Assembly (NCBI GenBank): GCA_963788655.1
Contig: CAWBHS010000060.1
Coordinates: 192,001 to 256,000 of the forward strand
Length of the DNA stretch: 64,000 nucleotides
DNA from: an uncultured Verrucomicrobiae bacterium
GTDB lineage: Bacteria; Verrucomicrobiota; Verrucomicrobiia; Limisphaerales; JAFGQR01
Direction: 5' to 3'
Numbering within the stretch: the first letter of the stretch is position 1; each line of letters starts with the position of its first letter. The notes under the pieces were generated by a model. It saw only the letters and a program-made list of their open reading frames with translations. It did not search any database and had not been told where the DNA came from. Of this stretch, positions 57,743 through 64,000 are shown in pieces. A program made the translations under genes and the position numbers.

Positions 57743-57969
57743 CGTGCGGCCGGCATCCTGCCGACAGTTTGGAACGGCCCGTTCTAACATGACCAATGAC
57801 CAAGCTCCAGAACATGGCCAAGGACCAAGAACCAACGATCCGCCGACCGGCTGCTCGATTTTCATTTGCAGATTGGAACTTGGGCCTTCTCTGCAGCTTG
57901 GTCATCGCCCATTGGTTATTTGATCGCCGCTGCGGCATTCGTTTCTGCCGGCGAGACGCCGACAGCACG
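57743..57969. repeat. CGTG-type REP element carrying a nested inverted, heptamer-rich repeat
   Basis: Left end CGTGCGGCCGGCATCCTGCCGACAGTTTGGAACGG and right end ATTCGTTTCTGCCGGCGAGACGCCGACAGCACG. The inner IR ATGACCAAGCT(C/G)CAGA is at 57796-57811 and 57890-57905. Confidence 0.85.
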
Positions 57970-57987
57970 TTGCTCGGCGATTCATTA

Positions 57988-60693
57988 TCAATCATCATCC
58001 ACCGACTTCACCGCCCATTCCGGATAGGGTGCCTGCGAACCTTTCATCGCGTGCCAGAGAATGCGGTTGAGCAGGTCTTCGGGGCATTGGTCCACTTGGT
58101 CCAACGGCAGCCGTGCGCTGGCGTAGGCGTATTTGCGCAATAGGGGGTCGCTGACTCGTCGGGGATTGGGATTCATCTGGTTCGAGGGAATGTTGCTCGC
58201 CACCGGCTGGAAGGGCGTGAAGTCCGGCGTGTCCGTGAAGCAATCGAACATCGGCGTGGCGGTGGCGTCCATCTGGTTCATCGGGGGCAGGCCGAGCATC
58301 AATTCCATGGTGCGCAGGAGACTGGTCTGGTTGTATTGCGTGGGAATGACTTTGCCGCGTTGGGTGTAGGGGCTGATGACGTAGGCCGTCGTGCGGAAGC
58401 CGCTGACGTGATCCCAGCCGTTTTGCGGGTCATCTTCAATCGCGAAGATGCACGTATTCGTCCAGAACCGGCTGTGGCTGATGGCCTCGACGATCTGGCC
58501 CAAGGCCAGATCGTTGTCGGCGACTTGCGCCGCGGGCGTGGGGGCCCCGGCCGTGGTGCCGCTGGTGTGATCATTGGGCAGGCAGATGATCGACAAATTG
58601 GGGAAGTCGCCGGCGGTTTCGAATTGCTTCAATTCCTTGATGAACTGCGCGGCGCGAAAGATGTCCGGCACGTTCATGTCCCACCCAACGGTGTTGGTGC
58701 AAAGGTACGGCCGCAGCGATTCGATGGCCGGGCGGCTGTGGAGATTGATCGTGGCCGAGCCTTCCAGGAATTCCTGGAAATGATCAGTCCAGATGGTTCG
58801 CCGTTGCGATCCGGATCCTTCCAGGTCTTGTCGGTGATGGCAAACTCGCCGTAGACCCGCAGCGATTTGCCGTGCGCCAACACGTTGTCCCAGATGAATC
58901 CCGCAGGCGAGTAGGCCAGCGCGTCCACGTCGTCGTCCTCCATACCGTCCGGGTAACTGCGCGGGAAGCCGGCAAAGGAGCGTTCCATATAATCGGTGGC
59001 AATCGCGCTATCGCTCCATTGGTGGCCGTCGGCGCTGAGGATGCCGGAGCAATAGGTGTTATCGAGCAGCACGAACTCCCGCGCCATCTTGTGCTGGTTC
59101 GGCGTGACGCGTTCGCCAAAAATGCACAAGGAAGGATCGCCGTTGCCCTCGGACACGTCGCCCAATACCTGATCGTAGGTGCGGTTCTCCTTGATGATAT
59201 AGACGACGTGCTTGAACACGCTGGGCTCGCCCACCCGCTCGGGCACCGGCTGCGGGGACCGGCCACTGCGGGGCGGACGCCTGGCTTGCGCGAGCAACGG
59301 ATACCGCATGTTGCGAGGGCAGCGCGGGTGTAGTGGCGACAGTTCCTTAGGGGAGGGCACGTTCAGCAGCGACACACGTGCCGAAATACTGGCGCGAATT
59401 GTATTTTTCCTTTTCCCCCGGCGCATAGCGTCTGGCCCGATCCGATGCCCTTGATGTTGGCCACGTAAAGCGCTTCCCGCCGGGCATCGTAAACGACGGC
59501 CCCCGGAAACCATCCCACCGGGATCAAGCCTTTCAAGCGCGACTTCCGGGGTCAAATTCGACCACCGCGACGGCGTTCTGCGTGCCGTTGCCGACGAACA
59601 GCGTTTTGCCCGAGTGATCAAAGGCCAGCGCATTCGGACTGCGCGCCAAACAGGTCCGCCGGGCTTTGCCGGGTCCAGATCGTTTCCACAATCCGGTCGG
59701 AGCGCGTGTCGATCACGCTCAACGTATCACTGGCAGCATTGGCCACGACGAGGTAATGGCCATTCGGAGACAAGCGCCATGGCGGACGCGTGCAAGCCCA
59801 CTTGAATTTCCGCTCAGCACGTATTGGTGGAATCCAGATCCAGAACCGACACTGAACCGTCATTGGCAACGTGACGAACGGGATCGACCCGTACCCGCTT
59901 GCCGAGCCCCGCCGGACCGGTCAAGCTGCCGGCGTCGGGCCGGCGTCCGCCCCAATTGCTGACGTACGCTTTCCGGCCGGCGACGAGCACGTCAAACGGC
60001 GCCACGCCCACGTCCCAAAACCGCTGTACCTTGCCGGTGGTGGCGTCCAATTCAACCAAGCGGTTGGACAAATTGAGCACGACAAAGAGCCGTCGGCCAT
60101 CCGGCGACAACGCCAGGCCGGAGGGAATATCTTCGACCCGTTTCCAGGCACTGGTCTGCGGCAACCGGATACGGTACAACGCCCACCACCTTGTGCTCGG
60201 GCGTGATCCCGAAGACCTTGATGCTGCCGTTGACGTTGGCCAGGTAGATCCGCGAGCCATCCGGGGAAAAAACCAGTCCAGTGAAGCTGAGTTGCCCCTT
60301 CTGATCCGGTTCGAAAATGTGATCGGACACTTCGTCCGGTTCCGGATCGCCATCGGCCTCGGAGGGCAACGGCACCCGCTGCAACAAGCGGCCCGTCTCC
60401 GGATCGAGCACCACCAGGTGGGGCGTTTTGCCGGAGGTGACCAGCAAGCGGCCATCCGGACTGAGGGCCAGCGCCTGCGGCCGCATGCCGGGCAGTTCCA
60501 CGTGAAGGCCGGCCGGGGTAAGCACTTGGTTGACGGGCGTGTAATAGCGATTGGTGTCCAATGGGCCGACCGGTTCGCGCGTGACCGCCGATCGTGTGAA
60601 GTGGCCGCCACGGTAACAACTGCACAAGGCAAACATCAACAGCATGACCATTCCCGTGGCGAATCGACGGTGCATGAACAAACGCGGAATCAT
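57988..60693 (-). CDS. Second YncE beta-propeller / phosphoesterase paralogue; heavily frameshifted
   Basis: TPVNQVLTPAG, PQALALSPDG, VGVAPFDV, HVVYIIKENRTYDQVLGD, SADGHQW, LPNDHT and IEDDPQNGWDHV across several ORFs; collinear with the 28736-31504 gene. Confidence 0.87.
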
Positions 60694-60700
60694 GGCGCCC

Positions 60701-60786
60701 AGACTGCCATTGTCCAATTCCGTGTCAATGCAGTCCTTCGTAAAGAATCGAATGTGTTTGGCCGGGGCTACGTCAATGGCTACACT
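60701..60786. promoter_or_regulatory. Putative back-to-back divergent promoters
   Basis: Minus strand: TTGACA-N16-CAGTCT-N7-ATG(60693). Plus strand: TTGGCC-N17-TACACT-N9-ATG(60796). Confidence 0.45.
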
Positions 60787-60795
60787 GCAATCTCC

Positions 60796-63263
60796 ATGAC
60801 TGACCTGCTGCTGAAGCTCCTGGGCGCCAAGGTGGACGACGCCGTCCACATCGCGGGCACGTCCCTGGCCTTTCGCGGCGGAATGGCCATCGGATGGTAT
60901 GTCTTTTTGGTGCTGATCACCGTTGGCTTGGTCACATGGATGTACCGGCGCAGCCCAATCACGCTGTCACCCGTCCGCAAACACACACTCACCGTTTTGC
61001 GCGTGATGTTCATTGCGCTCATGTTGTTGCTGCTGCTCCGGCCCGTGCTGGCGTTTACGGTGGAAGGCAGCGTGCGCCGAATCCTCGGTACTGTTGCTCG
61101 ATACCAGTGCCTCCATGCAAATCGAAGATCCGCGCTTGCTCCCCGACGATCAAAAACGGGCCGCGATTGCCCAGGACTTCATCAATCCCGCCGGCGGCCT
61201 CAAGCAGAACGTCGAGGCGCGGAACCGCGCGGCCGTCGAACAGGTGTCCCGGTTGGCCCTGGTGAAGGACGTGTTCCGCAACGAACGGCTCAATTTGCTG
61301 CCGCGCCTGGACCGGGAATTTGATCTGGCGGCGTTCACGTTCGCCCAAGGCGTGGCCGAGATCTCCGCGCGCACAGTCGAGCCGGGCGAAACCAACGCCG
61401 CCGCGCCGGCCCGGAAGGAAAAAGTCACGGTGGAGAATTTTCCCTGGATCAATCAACTGGCAGCCACCAATCCCCTTACCGCCATGGGGGACGCCGTCCG
61501 CGAAGTGATGAACCGCAAACGCGGCCAACCCCTGGCCGGCGTAGTGCTGGTGACCGACGGCGCCAACAATAGCGGCAGTCAACCGCGCGAAATCGCCTTG
61601 CTGGCCCGGCAGGAAGGATTGCCGCTTTATGTTTATGGCGTGGGCATCACCTCGCCGCGCGATATCATCCTGGTCAACTTGTTTGCGCCGGATGTGACAT
61701 TCATCAAAGACGAAGTGGCCGTGACCGCGCGGGTCCGTTCGCAGGGCATGAACGGGCAGAGCGCCGAAGTGGTTTTGAAATTGGGCGGGCAGACCGTGGC
61801 CACCCAGCCAGTGACGTTCGGTGCTGACGGCGAACAAGTGATCCCGCTGAAGTTCACACCGCAGAGCACTGGCGAGTTTGATTTGGAAGCTTCGATTGCG
61901 CCGCGTCCGGACGAAACCGTCAAAGACAACAATTTCCGCACGCAACGGCTCAAGGTGATTGACGCCAAGATCAAGACGTTGCTGGTTGATCAGTCACCGC
62001 GGTGGGAGTTCCGCTATTTGCAGGCCATGTTGCTGCGCGACCGGCGGATCGATTTGAAGTGTTACCTGGCCGAGGGCGACAAAGACGTGGCCCGCCTTCC
62101 CGGTTCGCCGTATCTCGCAACCTTTCCCGCGCGCAAGGATGATTTGTTCAAATACGATTTGGTGATCTACGGCGACGTTGATCCCCGGGCGGTGGGCTTG
62201 AACCAACTTGAAAACCTCAATCGCTGGGTGGCGGATTTCGGTGGGGCTTTGGTGGTGGTGGCGGGCAAGCGTTTTATGCCAAACGCCTACAAGCGGTCGG
62301 TGCTGGAAAAGATGTTGCCCGTGGAATTCGACTCCGCGCCAGTGGGTGCGTCAACGGATGCCGTCGCCGAGAAGCCGATCCAGTTGCAGCTCACTTTCGC
62401 GGGACGCAACAATCCGATGTTGCGGTTGTCGGACAAGGACGAGGAAAACGTCGCGCTGTGGAAGCAACTCCCGCCGGTGTATTGGGTGGCCAAGGTGACG
62501 CGCGCCAAGCCCGCCGCGGAGGTGTTGCTCGTCGATCCCGATCCGGCGCGGGAGACGCGCTTTGGCAAAATGCCCGTGATCGCTTTCCAGAAATATGGTC
62601 TGGGCCAGGTGCTCTACGTGGGTACCGACAACACCTGGCGCTGGCGCCGCAATGTGGGCGACTTGTATTACACTACGCTCTGGGGCCAAATCGCCCAACG
62701 GGTGTCGCTGCAGCGGTTGCTCGGTATTTCCAAACGCACCCAGCTCACCACCGACCGGCAGAACTATATGACCGGTGATCGCGTCAGCGTTTATGCGCGG
62801 TTGTACAGCGCGGGTTACGATCCGTTGCAGGCCGCGTTCGTTAAAGGTCACTTCGGCCTCCGCAACGGCTCGGGACCGCGTCCGGACGTCACCTTGCGGC
62901 CAGTACCCGGAACAACCCGGCCTGTACCGAGGCGAATTCATTGCGCCGACGGCGGGCACTTACAGTTTCTGGGTGGAGACCGACCTCAACACGTTGCTGG
63001 ATTTCAATGTCACCGCGCCGAAGTTCGAGTTGGGAGAAACCGCCATGAACGAACCGTTGCTCCGGGAAATTTCCCGCACGACCGGCGGCGCCTTTTTCCG
63101 CGAAGAAGATTTGTACCAATTGCCCGAAACCATCAGCGCCAAAACCGAACGGGTGCGCTCCCCCCTCGAGGTGGAGCTGTGGTCGAGTCCGTTCTTCTTC
63201 TTGCTGCTGCTGGGTGTCGTGACCACGGAATGGGTGCTGCGGAAGATGTCGTATTTGAAATAA
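60796..63263 (+). CDS. Membrane-anchored vWA-domain / class I glutamine-amidotransferase-like protein (PVC MoxR-vWA cluster type); frameshifts near 61088 and 62907
   Basis: Two N-terminal TM helices, MIDAS LLDTSASM, VVLVTDG, an Ig-like domain ending DNN, PRWEFRYL, TWRWR and a C-terminal TM ...EWVLRK. Confidence 0.82.
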
Positions 63264-63291
63264 GATGCGGAATGGATGAGGCTGGCAGCGG

Positions 63292-63474
63292 ATGAAACCA
63301 TCGAACCAACCAGAGAGCAAAGGCGACTCCGCCATGGTGCTTCGTGAGCAATCGGCTTCGCAGCATGCGCCACTTGAGGGCGGCGCGTCAGTTCGGTATG
63401 CCGAGGTGAGTTGGGAAAGGATGATACGAGCCGTGGAAAAAGTACGTGAACGTTTGAATCATCCGGAAGACTGA
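63292..63474 (+). pseudogene. Short ORF, possibly the truncated N-terminus of a nucleotidyltransferase-family gene
   Basis: EVSWERMIRAVEKVRERL resembles, from memory, the N-terminal helix of PVC nucleotidyltransferase-like proteins, but the ORF stops 5 codons later. Confidence 0.4.
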
Positions 63475-63482
63475 ATCCGCCA

Positions 63483-64000
63483 ATGACCGAAGCCTCGCCC
63501 CAGATTAACGAAACGCACGCTGTATCGGCCAGCCCGGTCCTGAAAGCGAAGATCGAGGCGTTGCGCCGCAAACACGTTTCGGTAGCGACGTTCACCGGTG
63601 TTTCGCTGACCGTGGTTGTGGGCGTCGAACTGCTGGCGTTGGCGATGTTCGTGGATTGGTGGTTGGATCTGCCGTGGGCGGCGCGGTTGATCTCGCTGAC
63701 CGCCCAATTGTCCGTGTTCGCCTACCTGATCATTCGCTACGTAGCCGTGCCGCTCCTGCAACAACCAGACGACGATGAACTGGCATTAATGATGGAAAAG
63801 GCCCGGCCCGGCTTCCGCACGCGTTTGATTGCCTCGCTGCAACTCGCCCGGCCCGGGGCAATTCCGCCCAACGCTTCAAGCTCGATGGCGTATGCGCTGG
63901 TGCAGGATACCGAGGCCTTCGCGGCGCCGATGGATTTCCAGAAAATTGTTCCCACCGAACGACTCAAGAAATTGCGCATCCTGGCGGTCGTGATCCCCGT
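63483..64000 (+). CDS. Membrane protein, DUF4175-like partner of the vWA cluster (partial, runs off the window)
   Basis: Open frame from ATG 63483 to the window end: LAMFVDWWLDLPWAARL, DDELALMMEKARPGFRTRLIASLQL. Confidence 0.75.
   Translation, partial: MTEASPQINETHAVSASPVLKAKIEALRRKHVSVATFTGVSLTVVVGVELLALAMFVDWWLDLPWAARLISLTAQLSVFAYLIIRYVAVPLLQQPDDDELALMMEKARPGFRTRLIASLQLARPGAIPPNASSSMAYALVQDTEAFAAPMDFQKIVPTERLKKLRILAVVIP

Noticed and set aside
59899..61323. 474-aa plus-strand ORF
   Set aside because: It is a chimera of antisense shadow sequence and the true first ~97 codons of the vWA gene starting at 60796.
1..64000. tRNA, rRNA, riboswitch, prophage or defence system
   Set aside because: No cloverleaf, rRNA-like tract, integrase, phage structural gene or recognisable defence gene was seen. 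An Rfam/Infernal scan would be needed to exclude ncRNAs.

Overview
GC-rich bacterial chromosomal segment, most consistent with Verrucomicrobiota of the PVC superphylum (inferred from protein style and repeat types, not from a marker gene). It has a housekeeping and metabolic core: PTS IIA, argS, a HAD phosphatase, a ppk2-ackA-oxidoreductase-NUDIX cluster, opgGH and putA. Around this are many secreted or carbohydrate-active genes: GH43, GH99, GH172/DUF2961, an M6 protease, a 2.1-kaa double-metallopeptidase, a beta-helix/S41 protein, a 1.9-kaa Ig/lectin-repeat protein, two YncE-propeller/phosphoesterase paralogues, an HzsA-like dihaem protein and the start of a vWA/DUF4175-type cluster. No rRNA, tRNA or CRISPR array was seen. 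Many genes are broken by single-base indels without premature stops, probably long-read errors. The most notable features are four families of REP-doublet elements (one with fixed ends and variable or duplicated cargo), a recurring promoter-like -10 hexamer 5-9 nt before start codons suggesting leaderless mRNAs, gene-stump scars, and several unusual domain architectures. I found candidate leads but no clear-cut, complete new multi-gene system.
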